Shown: positions 36,501 through 46,497 of the stretch, piece after piece
Layout: every line of letters starts with the position of its first letter
Position numbering within the stretch: position 1 is the first letter of the stretch
DNA from: Candidatus Brocadiia bacterium
GTDB taxonomy: Bacteria; Planctomycetota; MHYJ01; JACQXL01
Length of the DNA: 64,000 nt
Direction of reading: 5' to 3'
NCBI GenBank assembly: GCA_041658285.1
Contig: JBBAAP010000001.1
Location: 260,916 to 324,915 of the forward strand
Notes under the pieces: generated by a model
The model's database searches: none
Told to the model about the DNA's origin: nothing
What the model saw: only the letters and a program-made list of their open reading frames with translations
Translations under genes and position numbers: made by a program

Positions 36501-37242
36501 TTACGCCCTGATGATTCTCCTCGGTCACAATATACGGCCCGGCCACCAAGCTATAAGAATCAAAAGCAACCTGGCTGGTCCAAGTGGTTTTAATCCGATC
36601 TTTCTTCTCGCCGATTTCGATACGTTCTTTAAGTTCATTCTGCCCGACCACTTCCCATCCTTTTGGCGTTATGGCTGTTACTTCAAAAAGCATCATCGGC
36701 GATAATCCTGTCCGGGGATACCAGCCGGTACCGTGATGCAGATAGATGCCTTTTTCGCTGATGATACCCGATGTTAATCCCCCGCGGATAAATCCAAGAG
36801 ATTGCTCGCCTTGGACTTCATCATATATCTTCCCCTCGTAAACACACTCGAGAAACTCAACCCCGGCTGTGATATTAAATGTATAAATCGTCAGCTGGTC
36901 CGGAGACGCAAAAGCATTGTATTTAATCTTCTCTGATTTACCCTGATTAATTACTGAAAGAGATTTCAAGGTTACCTGTGGATGCAAGGCAAAATAAATC
37001 GGCGTAACCGAATTTATATCTTTGGGTATTTCTATGCTCATTACATCCCGGCCCTTTATGGTATGCCCCGCCGGATCGAGCTCCACATTAAGAGTATGCT
37101 TTTTTATATCCAGAGCCAAAGCCATCGGCGGCGTTCCCGAAGATGAACTTGGACCAACATCTACTTTTCCGCCTTTGGCCGCACAGCTTGCCACCAGTAT
37201 AAGAATCGTCAAAACCGCTATTACATTAAATCTGCTAAACAT
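33529..37242 (-). CDS. Secreted lipoprotein fusing an M1 aminopeptidase N-like domain to a C-terminal M28 aminopeptidase domain
   Basis: 1237 aa. The lipoprotein signal is MFSRFNVIAVLTILILVASC. The M1 zinc motif is HEIMHCWWGN ... WCEGLTSY (HExxH-x18-E). The C-terminal M28 motifs are GAHYDHLG, GGNDNASGV and GGEESGLWGS. Confidence 0.8.
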   Translation of the reverse strand: MFSRFNVIAVLTILILVASCAAKGGKVDVGPSSSSGTPPMALALDIKKHTLNVELDPAGHTIKGRDVMSIEIPKDINSVTPIYFALHPQVTLKSLSVINQGKSEKIKYNAFASPDQLTIYTFNITAGVEFLECVYEGKIYDEVQGEQSLGFIRGGLTSGIISEKGIYLHHGTGWYPRTGLSPMMLFEVTAITPKGWEVVGQNELKERIEIGEKKDRIKTTWTSQVAFDSYSLVAGPYIVTEENHQGVRIATYFSKESQQFAQMHIDAAKEFITLYSQALTPYPFKSFSIVENFFTTGYGMPSYTLLGKDVIMSGRHANEGGLGHEIMHCWWGNYVNVDEKDGNWCEGLTSYCSNYYYLELKKTKQDAINYRRNTYVKFSAYVNDSNDYPARRFISKMGEQDSEIGYGKASMVFHMMRQTIGDQAFFDALRLVIKEHGAGKASWSDFQAAFEKSSGKKAGDLKWFFAQWLERTGAPVISIEDVALSNGADGSQQVSFAIKQSAKESYRFSIPFVLTTDQGQLTNTLDIIGSTQRATLPAPKGSTKVISLVFDPEYNIFRKFSRQELSPCLGMTLSDQNLIIICPTKGVADENSIYQKIAERVASTRTAAVKMDKDVTENELDGNSLLILGGPAINSVALKLSSSGALQVKENSFSIMGASYNESKYALMVSERNPFNKDKYVTVFMGLSKDAVERPGRTIFFYRWDQYVLFSAGRMAQKGDFNPPYNALEHRFQDAGQSSSAIDGNIIKKHAEYLASVDMGGRAPGSKGDKLSAEYIAGEFRKYGLKPPLKSNSYLESFPIPFRKLGKNTLLEIDGKQLVLGKDFLPYNFSGNADIDIQNCPAVFVEYGISAPEHQRDDYANKDVKDKVVLIKDGLPDAFPVTTTKYASVLSKVTNAGKHGAKAVLIYSIKGLDSPDIAWEEFPSQAIQQRVASDEPKQRNVSLRSMTLSSQSRLQPFPIPALLVNLNPDDSKENRRVTIKIHTAWEEVVNTANVIGILEGNDPLLKGEALIIGAHYDHLGLNYEGKAFAGGNDNASGVGGLLAIAEALAKKPSKRTIIFIAFGGEESGLWGSKFAAGISSANPFSKIDSSRAMMDYKKTAMLNLDMIGRGNLGELFIMGKAFNPELFEVVNKANASLSLNLKTNIDFLFKYGSDHASFHQAKVPALNFTSGPFEEEHTIGDTADKLMPDKMSQIATLVYQAALAIAGSDIKFPEPKDIEVSPPRTGRGHPGRSPAPK

Positions 37243-37290
37243 ATCTTATCCTTTCATTCTTTGGTTTATTTATTACCGGCAGGATATAAA

Positions 37291-38286
37291 TCATCTTTCT
37301 AAAGACGGCATCCACAAATACATAAATCTGCCGGTGCCGCCCTGAAGAAAAGCCTCACGTAACGGTAAAATAACGCTGGCCAGAGCAAACATCTCATTAG
37401 ACGGTGATTCAATCCTGAAGGCCGTTTCCAAAACACCTTTTTTCTTCTTATAGCGAATTACTTTAGCTTCGGTTATTTTAGACATTTCTTTAGCTTTGAC
37501 AAATGCATCAGTCAGGTAACCGGTAGCGTCAATCAATTTAGCCTGAACCGCCTGTTCTCCGGTCAGCACGCGTCCGTCAGCTATTTGCAGCAATTCAGCG
37601 CGGCTAAGAACCGATTTCCGGTTGGCATAGACAGTATCAATGAATCTATTATACATCTGGTCGATAATATTCTGCATGAACTCCTTCTCTGAAGAAGTCA
37701 TTTTACGGAAAGGAGAACCGATGTCTTTAGCCTGGCCTGATTTGACAACTACTGTTTCCACGCCTATTTTACCCAATAAATCTTCGATGGTAACAAATAC
37801 CGAAATAACGCCAATGCTGCCCGTTATCGATGTCGGGTGCGCAATCAGGTAATCCGCGGTCATGGCGATATAATAACCACCGGAAGCAGCCGTATCCTTC
37901 ATCAAAGCGATTACCGGCCTGCCGGGAAAACGTATTTTATATTCACTGAGTGTTTTATGAATAATATCGCTGGCTGTCACCCCACCGCCGGGGCTGTCAA
38001 TTTCCAGTATAATCGCTTTAATTGTATCATCCTTCTCTGATCTCATCAGGAGCTCTTTGATTTTCTCCGGAGTCACCGCATCCTGCCGCGCAAGCACTGA
38101 ATAATCATCCGAGCTCATTATCAAACCGGATACGGGAATTATAAGGATTTTATTGGGGCTTTCTTCTTCGCCGCACACAAAGACTTCTTCAACCTCTTCT
38201 TTAGGCTTGAGGTCCATTGAAAAAACCGTGCATCCGGAAATTAACAGCCCCGCAAAGACGGCCAGAATAAATATTCTAGTATTCAT
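37291..38286 (-). CDS. sppA: Signal peptide peptidase SppA (second paralog, lipoprotein)
   Basis: It has a LISGC lipobox and ILEIDSPGGG and DTAASGGYY motifs. Confidence 0.85.
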   Translation of the reverse strand: MNTRIFILAVFAGLLISGCTVFSMDLKPKEEVEEVFVCGEEESPNKILIIPVSGLIMSSDDYSVLARQDAVTPEKIKELLMRSEKDDTIKAIILEIDSPGGGVTASDIIHKTLSEYKIRFPGRPVIALMKDTAASGGYYIAMTADYLIAHPTSITGSIGVISVFVTIEDLLGKIGVETVVVKSGQAKDIGSPFRKMTSSEKEFMQNIIDQMYNRFIDTVYANRKSVLSRAELLQIADGRVLTGEQAVQAKLIDATGYLTDAFVKAKEMSKITEAKVIRYKKKKGVLETAFRIESPSNEMFALASVILPLREAFLQGGTGRFMYLWMPSLER

Positions 38287-38434
38287 GCTAATTAATCATT
38301 AAGCTTCTTTGATAATATTTTATATATTAAAAAAACACGGCGATAATGTCAATAAAATCTGTTGACAGGGAAATTCAATATGGTAAGCTGATGTTTTATT
38401 TAATTGTTCCCCGGGCATGTAATTTTACTTATCT

Positions 38435-39880
38435 ATGTGCGGTGTTATAGGCATATGCGGACGCCCCAATGTCGTCAATTACCTCTACCAGGGGCTGGGA
38501 GCTCTCCAGCATAGAGGCCAGGATGCGGCCGGAATCATCACCTATGACAACCAATTTCACCTGAAAAAAGGTGATGGTTTAGTCCAGACTGTTTTTAACC
38601 CCAAAAATATATCCAGGCTGACCGGCGCCACGGGACTAGCTCATGTCCGCTATCCCACAGTCGGAGCCGGTTCGGCCGAAGATGCCCAGCCGATTTATGT
38701 CAACACCCCTTTTGGCATTGCCATGGCCCATAACGGCAATGTCACGAATTATTTCGAGCTCAAGGATGACTTATACACAAAAAACCTCAGGCATCTTAAC
38801 TCCGGCTGCGACATTGAAGTCATCCTTAATGTATTCGCCGATGAATTGACAAAGCAAAATCTTCATAAATTCACCCCTGAAACAGTTTTCAAGGCTGTCC
38901 ACGGAGTTTTCCGCCGGGTTCAGGGCAGCTATTCGGTCGTCGGCATTATTGCCGGAAAAGGCATGTTTGCTTTCCGTGACCCGCACGGTATAAAGCCCCT
39001 GATCTTCGGTCGCAAGGACGAAAGCTATATTTTCGCTTCCGAAAGCGTGCCTTTGGACATATTAGGATATAAAATAGAACGAGACGTCCAACCAGGTGAG
39101 GCTATTTTTATAAGCGAGCAGAATGCCTTTTTCAAGGCCAGCCGCCAGTTTCACAGCAAACGATTAGTAAAAGCCAAGCATACACCCTGCATCTTTGAAT
39201 GGGTTTATTTTGCCCGTCCTGATTCTGTCATGGATGGCATCAGCATATACGAAGCCAGATTAAGATTGGGACAGGAGCTTTCCAAGGAAGTAAGAAAAGC
39301 CGGGTTAAAAGCGGATGTGGTCGTTCCCGTTCCGGATAGCTCCAAGCCGGCCGCTTCGTGCATGGCGACAGAGCTGGACCTGCCTTACCGGGAAGGATTA
39401 GTCAAAAACCGCTATATCGGCCGAACATTCATTATGCCTCTCCAGGAAGCGCGTGAAGTATCGGTTCGGCAAAAACTCAATCCGGTAAAAAGCGAAATCA
39501 GAGGCAAGAAGATATTACTGGTTGATGACAGCATCGTGCGCGGAACCACCTCGCGCGAAATAATAAACCTGGTCCGCGATGCCGGCGCCAAAGCGATTTA
39601 CTTTGCGGTTACCTGCCCGCCCCTGAAATTCCCCTGTGTTTACGGGATTGACATGCAGACTAAACAAGAATTCATCGCCCGCAACAAAACCGTTAAAGCC
39701 ATCTCCAAAGAAATTATGTCGGACGAATTGATTTATCAAACGTTACCCGGACTTGTCCGGGCCGTCAGCCCTAATCATAAGTTCTGCACGGCCTGCTTCT
39801 CGGGCATCTATCCGACCAAGATTTCCGACCGGATGTTCAAGCAGATAGAAGAAGACCGTATGTGCCTGGCTAAGTGCTGA
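38435..39880 (+). CDS. purF: Amidophosphoribosyltransferase
   Basis: It has the MCGVIGI N-terminal nucleophile Cys and a PRTase domain (VDDSIVRGTTS). Confidence 0.95.
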   Translation: MCGVIGICGRPNVVNYLYQGLGALQHRGQDAAGIITYDNQFHLKKGDGLVQTVFNPKNISRLTGATGLAHVRYPTVGAGSAEDAQPIYVNTPFGIAMAHNGNVTNYFELKDDLYTKNLRHLNSGCDIEVILNVFADELTKQNLHKFTPETVFKAVHGVFRRVQGSYSVVGIIAGKGMFAFRDPHGIKPLIFGRKDESYIFASESVPLDILGYKIERDVQPGEAIFISEQNAFFKASRQFHSKRLVKAKHTPCIFEWVYFARPDSVMDGISIYEARLRLGQELSKEVRKAGLKADVVVPVPDSSKPAASCMATELDLPYREGLVKNRYIGRTFIMPLQEAREVSVRQKLNPVKSEIRGKKILLVDDSIVRGTTSREIINLVRDAGAKAIYFAVTCPPLKFPCVYGIDMQTKQEFIARNKTVKAISKEIMSDELIYQTLPGLVRAVSPNHKFCTACFSGIYPTKISDRMFKQIEEDRMCLAKC

Positions 39881-40001
39881 TACAATCTCACCACACATCG
39901 CACAGACGCGTAAAGATCCAATATAAAGTTATCTTTTATATGGATTTTCTTGATTTCCTTTGTTCAATTAGTTAAATCCTTTTGCTTTTGTTTTATCTTG
40001 C

Positions 40002-40083
40002 GCCGGGATGGTGGAATTGGCAGACACATACGTTTGAGGGGCGTATGCTGAAAAGCGTGCGAGTTCGAGTCTCGCTCCCGGCA
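40002..40083 (+). tRNA. tRNA-Leu (anticodon GAG), type II with long variable arm
   Basis: I folded it by hand: acceptor stem GCCGGGA/TCCCGGC with discriminator A; D-arm GTG-(GAATTGGCAGA)-CAC; anticodon stem TACGT/GCGTA with loop TTGAGGG (anticodon GAG, G37); a 13-nt variable arm; T-arm GCGAG-TTCGAGT-CTCGC. Confidence 0.85.
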
Positions 40084-40146
40084 TATTTTCTTTTATCCCA
40101 AAGAATTGAAGCACACAAATAATCCTCAGCGTTTTTGCGGTGAATA

Positions 40147-41067
40147 ATGCGCCGATACTACTCCTTTAACGCATACTTAAAAGACAAATTCCCCGGCCTG
40201 CGTGTTTATAAAATCGCGCTGGATGCCGGGTTTACCTGCCCCCATCGTTCCGGACCGGACAGAACCGGTGGCTGTATTTACTGCGAGAACCGCTCTTTCA
40301 GCCCGAATGCCCGCCTCGACCCGCGCCCGTCCATATCAGAACAACTCCGGATGGGCATGGATTTTTACCGCCGTAAATACCAAGCGGATAAATTCATCGC
40401 CTACTTCCAGGCATACAGCAATACGCTGGGGCCAATAGAACTGCTCAAGCAACGCTATGACGAAGCACTGTCCGGCACTGACGTGGTCGGCCTGGATATC
40501 GGCACCCGGCCGGATTGCATATCCGATGAAGCCATAAACCTGATTGCCTCATATACCGATAAATACACGGTCTGGGTGGAATACGGCCTGCAATCCGCTG
40601 ACGACAAAACACTGGCATTAATCAATAGAGGGCATACTTATGCGGATTTCGAGTCGGCCGTTAAGCGAACCCGCAATAAAAATATCGCCATCGGCACCCA
40701 CCTGATTATCGGGCTGCCCGGCGAGACAAATGACACCATAATTAATTCCGCCCGAAAGGTCGCGGGACTCGGCATAGACAGCGTAAAATTACATCATCTT
40801 TATATTGCCAAGAATACCGAGCTTGCTAATTTATATGGTTCGGGCAAGGTGCAAATTATGTCCCTGGCCCAGTACATCCCGCTGGTGTGCGATATACTGG
40901 AAATTCTGCCGCCACAAATGATAGTCCAGCGGCTAACCGGAGAATTAAGCGGAGAATACCTGATTGCGCCCAAATGGGAAGCCAGCAAAAATACTATCAT
41001 CGGAATGATAGAAAAAGAATTGGAAAGAAGGAATTCGTATCAAGGCTGCAAATATAAACAACCTTAA
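40147..41067 (+). CDS. Radical SAM protein, TIGR01212 (YhcC-like) family
   Basis: It has FTCPHRSGPDRTGGCIYC near the N-terminus and a TIM-barrel radical SAM core. Confidence 0.8.
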   Translation: MRRYYSFNAYLKDKFPGLRVYKIALDAGFTCPHRSGPDRTGGCIYCENRSFSPNARLDPRPSISEQLRMGMDFYRRKYQADKFIAYFQAYSNTLGPIELLKQRYDEALSGTDVVGLDIGTRPDCISDEAINLIASYTDKYTVWVEYGLQSADDKTLALINRGHTYADFESAVKRTRNKNIAIGTHLIIGLPGETNDTIINSARKVAGLGIDSVKLHHLYIAKNTELANLYGSGKVQIMSLAQYIPLVCDILEILPPQMIVQRLTGELSGEYLIAPKWEASKNTIIGMIEKELERRNSYQGCKYKQP

Positions 41068-41086
41068 AAACCGATAAATTCAACAA

Positions 41087-43927
41087 ATGAGCAATAATAA
41101 CATTATTTCCATACACGGCGCGCGCGAACACAACCTCAAAAATATCAGCCTGGACATCCCCCGCGATAAAATGGTTGTCATCACCGGTGTATCCGGTTCG
41201 GGCAAGTCATCCTTGGCCTTTGACACCATATACGCCGAAGGCCAGCGACGCTACATTGAAAGCCTTTCGGCTTACGCCCGGCAGTTCCTGGAACAAATGG
41301 AAAAACCAGATGTAGAGGAAATTAAAGGCCTGCCGCCGACCATATCTATCGGACAACGCTCCGGCGTAGGCACGCCCCGCTCCATCGTAGCCACGACCAC
41401 TGAAATTTATGACTACCTCAGGGTCCTTTTCGCCCGTTGCGGGCAAGCGTACTGTTATAAATGCAACCGCCTGATTACACGACAATCAGCCCAACAGATT
41501 ATCCAGCAAATCAGAAACCTGCCGGCCGGGTCGCGCATTGCCATTCTGGCGCCGATTATCCGGGGTAAAAAAGGCGAATCAAAAGACGTCTTTAGCCGAA
41601 TCAGGCGAGAAGGATTTATCCGGCTCAGGGTTGATAATAAAATAATCGAACTGGGCACCCGTAAACTCTACCCCAAAATAGACAAGAACAAGAAACATAA
41701 TATTGATATCGTCGTCGACCGACTGACGCTCGAAGGCGATCTTAAAACACGCCTGTCCGATTCCGTTGAACTGGCCCTGAGGCTGGGTGAAGGACTGATT
41801 ATTGTCAATGTAGAAAAAGGCCGCTCTTCGAAAGACACCGTCTTCAGCGAACATTACGCCTGCGTCGAATGCGGGATTTCCATATCGGAGTTCAGCCCGC
41901 GGATGTTTTCATTTAACAGCCCTTACGGCGCCTGCCCGACCTGCAACGGACTGGGCACGCGCATGGAACTGGATGCCAACCTGATTGTGCAGGACGAATC
42001 ATTGACGCTGACTAACGGCGCCATAGACGCCTGGCGCAAGTCCGGTAAACGGATGGCTATCTACTATCACCAGATTCTCCGTGATTTCGCCCGCACCTTT
42101 GATGTCAACATGGATATCCCTTTTTATAAACTGCCTGAGGAAAAGCGGAAAATACTGCTGTTCGGAACCTCACCGGCTGAAGAACAAAAATATCACAGCT
42201 ATTTCACCGGCGTCATCCCCGACCTGGAAAAAAGGTTCCACAAAACCACCAGCGAATACGTCAAGAAACGGATTCACCAGTATATGAGCGAGCTTTCCTG
42301 CCCCACCTGCAAAGGCAGCCGCCTGAAAAAGGAAATCCTAGCCGTGAGTTTGGGCGGGAAAAATATCCACGAAATCATCCATATGAACGTGGAAGAGTCA
42401 TTGAATTTCTTCAATAGCCTGGTCCTGACTAATGAACAGATAATAATCGCGGCTTCGCTTCTGAAGGAAATAAAAAGCCGCCTATCCTTCCTGTTGGACG
42501 TGGGCTTATCCTATCTGACCTTGGACCGGCGCAGTCTCACCCTGGCCGGCGGCGAATCACAGCGCATCAGGCTGGCCTCCCAGGTCGGTTCCGGGCTGGT
42601 CGGCGTATGCTACGTTCTGGACGAACCGACCATAGGTTTGCATCAGCGCGATAACCAGAAACTGCTCAATACTTTAAAGAAACTCCGTAATATCGGCAAT
42701 TCCGTAATCATCGTCGAGCACGACGAAGAAACCATTCATGCAGCCGATTACCTGATTGATATCGGCCCGGGTGCCGGCCGTAAAGGAGGCCAAGTAGTCC
42801 TGGCCGCCAAGCTCGAAGACGCACTCAAAGACGAAAACTCTCTGACCGTCAAATACCTGACCGGCAAACTTAAAATAGAACTGCCCCAAAAAAGAAGGTC
42901 GCTGGAAGACCGGCTCTGGCTTGAAGTCAAAGGAGCATCGGAGCATAATCTCAAGAATATAGACGTTCGTTTCCCTCTCGGCTGTTTCTGCTGTGTCACC
43001 GGAGTTTCCGGCTCGGGCAAATCCACCATCGTCGAAGACGTCCTTTACCGCGGCCTGATGCGCCAGATTTACAAAAGCCGAATCAGCACCGGCGCATTCA
43101 AGGAAATCACCGGCAGCAATAACCTGGATAAAGTCATCATCATCGACCAGTCGCCTATCGGCAAAACGCCCCGGTCGAACCCGGCCACCTATACCGGGGT
43201 CTTCGACGAAATCCGCGACGTCTTCGCCGCCACTAAAGAAGCCCGGATGCGCGGCTACCAGTCATCACGCTTCAGCTTCAACCTCAAAGGCGGCCGATGC
43301 GAACCCTGCCAGGGCCAGGGCACTAAACTCATTGAAATGCATTTCCTGCCCGATGTCTACGTCACCTGCGACGAGTGCAAAGGAAAGCGTTATAACCGTG
43401 AAACCCTCGAAGTAACCTATCGCGGCAAAAATATCGCCGATGTGCTTGATATGGAATGCTCCACCGCGCTGGAGTTCTTCCAGAATTTCCCAAAAATAAT
43501 CAGGATGCTCAAGATTCTTGATGATGTCGGCCTGGGCTATGTCACCCTGGGCCAATCCAGCATCACCCTTTCGGGCGGCGAAGCCCAGCGCATCAAGCTG
43601 GCAGCCGAATTGGGCAAGCTTTCCACCGGCAGCACCCTTTACATATTAGATGAACCGACTACCGGACTCCATTTCTCGGATATCAACAAACTCATTAATG
43701 TGCTCAACCGGCTGGTGGATATGGGCAACACCGTCATCATGATAGAGCACAATATGGACGTCATAAAGATGGCCGATTACATCCTCGACCTCGGACCGGA
43801 AGGCGGCAACGAAGGCGGCTCTGTCGTAGCCGAAGGTCCTCCGGAAAACATCATCAAAGTGGAGAAATCCCACACCGGCAGAATACTCAAAAAATACCTG
43901 TTGAATAACTCGGCCAAACCAAAATAG
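41087..43927 (+). CDS. uvrA: Excinuclease ABC subunit A
   Basis: 946 aa with two ABC ATPase modules ([22 protein letters not shown]) and zinc fingers (CVECG...[14 protein letters not shown]...CDECKGKR). Confidence 0.97.
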   Translation: MSNNNIISIHGAREHNLKNISLDIPRDKMVVITGVSGSGKSSLAFDTIYAEGQRRYIESLSAYARQFLEQMEKPDVEEIKGLPPTISIGQRSGVGTPRSIVATTTEIYDYLRVLFARCGQAYCYKCNRLITRQSAQQIIQQIRNLPAGSRIAILAPIIRGKKGESKDVFSRIRREGFIRLRVDNKIIELGTRKLYPKIDKNKKHNIDIVVDRLTLEGDLKTRLSDSVELALRLGEGLIIVNVEKGRSSKDTVFSEHYACVECGISISEFSPRMFSFNSPYGACPTCNGLGTRMELDANLIVQDESLTLTNGAIDAWRKSGKRMAIYYHQILRDFARTFDVNMDIPFYKLPEEKRKILLFGTSPAEEQKYHSYFTGVIPDLEKRFHKTTSEYVKKRIHQYMSELSCPTCKGSRLKKEILAVSLGGKNIHEIIHMNVEESLNFFNSLVLTNEQIIIAASLLKEIKSRLSFLLDVGLSYLTLDRRSLTLAGGESQRIRLASQVGSGLVGVCYVLDEPTIGLHQRDNQKLLNTLKKLRNIGNSVIIVEHDEETIHAADYLIDIGPGAGRKGGQVVLAAKLEDALKDENSLTVKYLTGKLKIELPQKRRSLEDRLWLEVKGASEHNLKNIDVRFPLGCFCCVTGVSGSGKSTIVEDVLYRGLMRQIYKSRISTGAFKEITGSNNLDKVIIIDQSPIGKTPRSNPATYTGVFDEIRDVFAATKEARMRGYQSSRFSFNLKGGRCEPCQGQGTKLIEMHFLPDVYVTCDECKGKRYNRETLEVTYRGKNIADVLDMECSTALEFFQNFPKIIRMLKILDDVGLGYVTLGQSSITLSGGEAQRIKLAAELGKLSTGSTLYILDEPTTGLHFSDINKLINVLNRLVDMGNTVIMIEHNMDVIKMADYILDLGPEGGNEGGSVVAEGPPENIIKVEKSHTGRILKKYLLNNSAKPK

Positions 43928-43972
43928 ACTGCTGCCGGCGTCTCCGCTCTCTTTTAAGTTATGGGTGTTTTC

Positions 43973-44001
43973 TTGACATCAACGCCAATGCTTTATATAA
44001 A
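43973..44001 (+). promoter_or_regulatory. Sigma70-like promoter (TTGACA-17 nt-TATAAA) immediately upstream of nfeD; it would give a near-leaderless transcript
   Basis: TTGACA lies at 43973-43978 and TATAAA at 43996-44001, with the ATG at 44011 and no SD between them. Confidence 0.5.
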
Positions 44002-44010
44002 TAAGCCCCT

Positions 44011-45492
44011 ATGAAGAAAATACTTGCGGTTCTGTTCCTGATGCTGCTAGTCGGATTACCGGTCGCCTGGTCCGCCCCGGACAACGCGCCGGCCAGCCCG
44101 ACCAATACATCAAGCGTCAAACAGCTGGTCTATGTCATCCCCATAAAAGGCGCCATCATGGATTGGGGGCTGAACTACTTCGTCAAACGCTCCATCGAAA
44201 CAGCCAAATCAAATAACGCCGCGCTTATCATATTCGACATCGACACGCCCGGCGGACGGGTGGATATCAGCATTGAATTATGCAATATCATAGAGAACGC
44301 CGCGCCCATAACAACCGTGGCTTATGTGGACAAATGGGCCGTCTCGGCCGGCTCGCTCATCTCTATCGCGGCTGATAAAATAATAATGAAAGACGGCGCT
44401 ATCATCGGCTCGGCCGAAGTGGTCGGCGCGCCGGTCGGCCACGAGGAAAAATACGCTTCGGTGATGAGAACCGAGTTCAAGGCCCGGGCCCAGAAAAAGG
44501 GCTACCCCCATAATCTGATGATGGCCATGGTCGACAAGGATATGGAGGTCTTCGAGGTTAAGGTCGACGGCAAACGCGACTTCCTTACCCGCGACGAGAT
44601 AAAAAACCTGTCCATGCAGGGCAAAGAGGTGGCCGAAATCGGGCTGGTCATCGGCAAAGGTAAACTCCTCAACCTGACCGCCCGCGACGCCCTCAACTAC
44701 GGCCTGGCCACGGCCATCAAGGATAACCGCGATGAAATCCCGGCGCTCTTTGATATTAAATCATTCAAAATAACAGAAGCATCCCAAACCTGGTCGGAAT
44801 ACCTGGTCGCCTTCTTAGCCGACCAGACGGTCACGCTTATCCTCGTCGCCGTCGGTTTGATAGCCGGCTATTCGGCGTTCCAGATGCCGGGCACAGGACT
44901 GCTGGAAGCTATCGCCGTCCTCTGCTTCGGCATAATATTCTTCAGTCAGTACCTAGTCGGCCTGGCGCAGGTAACAGAAATACTGCTTTTTATTCTCGGC
45001 ATAGGATTAATCGGAGTGGAAATCTTCTTACTGCCCGGATTCGGGGTGGCCGGCATCAGCGGCGCAATCCTTATCTTCGTCAGCCTGATATTATCCATGC
45101 AAAACTTCACACTGCCGGACATAGAAAAAGCCCCCTGGCAATGGACCATACTCCAGCATAATTTTGTCACAGTCGGCGCGGCGCTTATCATCTCCATAGT
45201 TATATTAATCATCATCGCCCGGTTCCTGCCTTCGATGCCCATATTCAACCGGATGATACTGCCCACGGCGCTGGCCACCCCGGCCGGAATCACCGTTTCC
45301 GGGATAGACGCCGGCACGCTGGTCGGCAATAAAGGGATTGTCTTGACGGACCTCAGGCCTTCGGGTAAGATACGCCTCGATAACAGCGAAGAAACACTGG
45401 ATGTGGTCACCGACGGCGACTTCATCAACAAAGGCGAATCCGTCGTCATCGACGCGGTCGAAGGCAGTCGGATTGTCGTTAGAAAGGCATAA
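44011..45492 (+). CDS. nfeD: NfeD-like membrane-bound serine protease (long form: ClpP-class domain + TM + OB-fold)
   Basis: It has a signal peptide, a ClpP/crotonase-like domain (IIFDIDTPGGRVD, WAVSAGSLISIAAD), a block of 5+ TM helices, and a C-terminal OB domain (GIVLTDLRPSGKIRL). Confidence 0.8.
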   Translation: MKKILAVLFLMLLVGLPVAWSAPDNAPASPTNTSSVKQLVYVIPIKGAIMDWGLNYFVKRSIETAKSNNAALIIFDIDTPGGRVDISIELCNIIENAAPITTVAYVDKWAVSAGSLISIAADKIIMKDGAIIGSAEVVGAPVGHEEKYASVMRTEFKARAQKKGYPHNLMMAMVDKDMEVFEVKVDGKRDFLTRDEIKNLSMQGKEVAEIGLVIGKGKLLNLTARDALNYGLATAIKDNRDEIPALFDIKSFKITEASQTWSEYLVAFLADQTVTLILVAVGLIAGYSAFQMPGTGLLEAIAVLCFGIIFFSQYLVGLAQVTEILLFILGIGLIGVEIFLLPGFGVAGISGAILIFVSLILSMQNFTLPDIEKAPWQWTILQHNFVTVGAALIISIVILIIIARFLPSMPIFNRMILPTALATPAGITVSGIDAGTLVGNKGIVLTDLRPSGKIRLDNSEETLDVVTDGDFINKGESVVIDAVEGSRIVVRKA

Positions 45493-45556
45493 TAGCCACA
45501 GAGTCACAGAGGACACGGAGTAATACTAATGGTTTTGTCCCCTGTAGTTTTATAGA

Positions 45557-45925
45557 ATGGACATTAACCAACTTACGGAAAAAATTATCGGATGTGCGAT
45601 TGAAGTTCATCGATATCTTGGACCAGGGTTGCTTGAAAATATCTATGAATCCGCTCTCTGTATTGAGTTAGAAGCGGCTAAGTTAAAATATGGCCAACAG
45701 GTAGTTATACCGGTTATTTATAAAGGGAAACAAATTGGAGAAAACAGGATCGATTTAATAGTGGAAAATGAGGTCGTAGTTGAAATAAAGAGTGTGGAAA
45801 GATTTGATCCGGTTTTTGAAGCACAGGTTTTGACATATTTAAAAATAACTGGTAAAAAAGTTGGGTTATTGATTAATTTTAACAGTCGATTGCTTAAAGA
45901 CGGAATAAAAAGATTCATATTATGA
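45557..45925 (+). CDS. GxxExxY protein (PD-(D/E)XK nuclease superfamily, TIGR04256-like)
   Basis: 122 aa with G-LLENIY and D.IVE..VVVEIK motifs. It is low-GC and sits inside a palindromic intergenic repeat. Confidence 0.85.
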   Translation: MDINQLTEKIIGCAIEVHRYLGPGLLENIYESALCIELEAAKLKYGQQVVIPVIYKGKQIGENRIDLIVENEVVVEIKSVERFDPVFEAQVLTYLKITGKKVGLLINFNSRLLKDGIKRFIL

Positions 45926-46026
45926 TTCTCCGTGAACTCTATGTTTCTGTTAAAAGACGGGAATAGGAAAAATTATATTATGATTCTCTGTGAACTCTGC
46001 GCCTCAGTGGCAAAGACAAGGTATTT

Positions 46027-46485
46027 ATGAGTCTGGAACTGATTATTTTAATCTACGCCCTGGCGCTGGCAATATTGGTGGTCGAAGCCTTTGTGCCCAG
46101 CGGCGGCATCCTGGCTTTGGTCGGCGGCATCGGGCTGGTCGTCAGCCTTTATTACTCATTCACCAAATACGGCGCCCTGCTCGGCTCGGCCCAGTCTATC
46201 ATCGCGCTTATACTCATACCACTGGTCATTTACATCGGCTTCAGGAAAATGACCTTGAAGAAAAACCTGGATACCTCCGAAGGCTTCACTTCGGAAAAAG
46301 CCGGGCTGGACCAACTGCTCAATAAGGAAGGCATAGCTCATACAAACCTCAGGCCCTCCGGCACCGCCGTCATCGAAGGCAAAAAGATTGACGTCGTCAC
46401 CGAAGGCGATATGATCGACAAGGACACCCAAATCAAAGTAATAAAGGTCGAAAGTAACAGAGTTATTGTAAGGATAAAATCTTAA
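46027..46485 (+). CDS. NfeD short-form protein (membrane anchor + OB-fold)
   Basis: 152 aa with two TM helices and a C-terminal OB fold (NLRPSGTAVIEGKKIDVVTEGDMI). It directly precedes floA. Confidence 0.8.
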   Translation: MSLELIILIYALALAILVVEAFVPSGGILALVGGIGLVVSLYYSFTKYGALLGSAQSIIALILIPLVIYIGFRKMTLKKNLDTSEGFTSEKAGLDQLLNKEGIAHTNLRPSGTAVIEGKKIDVVTEGDMIDKDTQIKVIKVESNRVIVRIKS

Positions 46486-46497
46486 TAGGAGGTTTTT

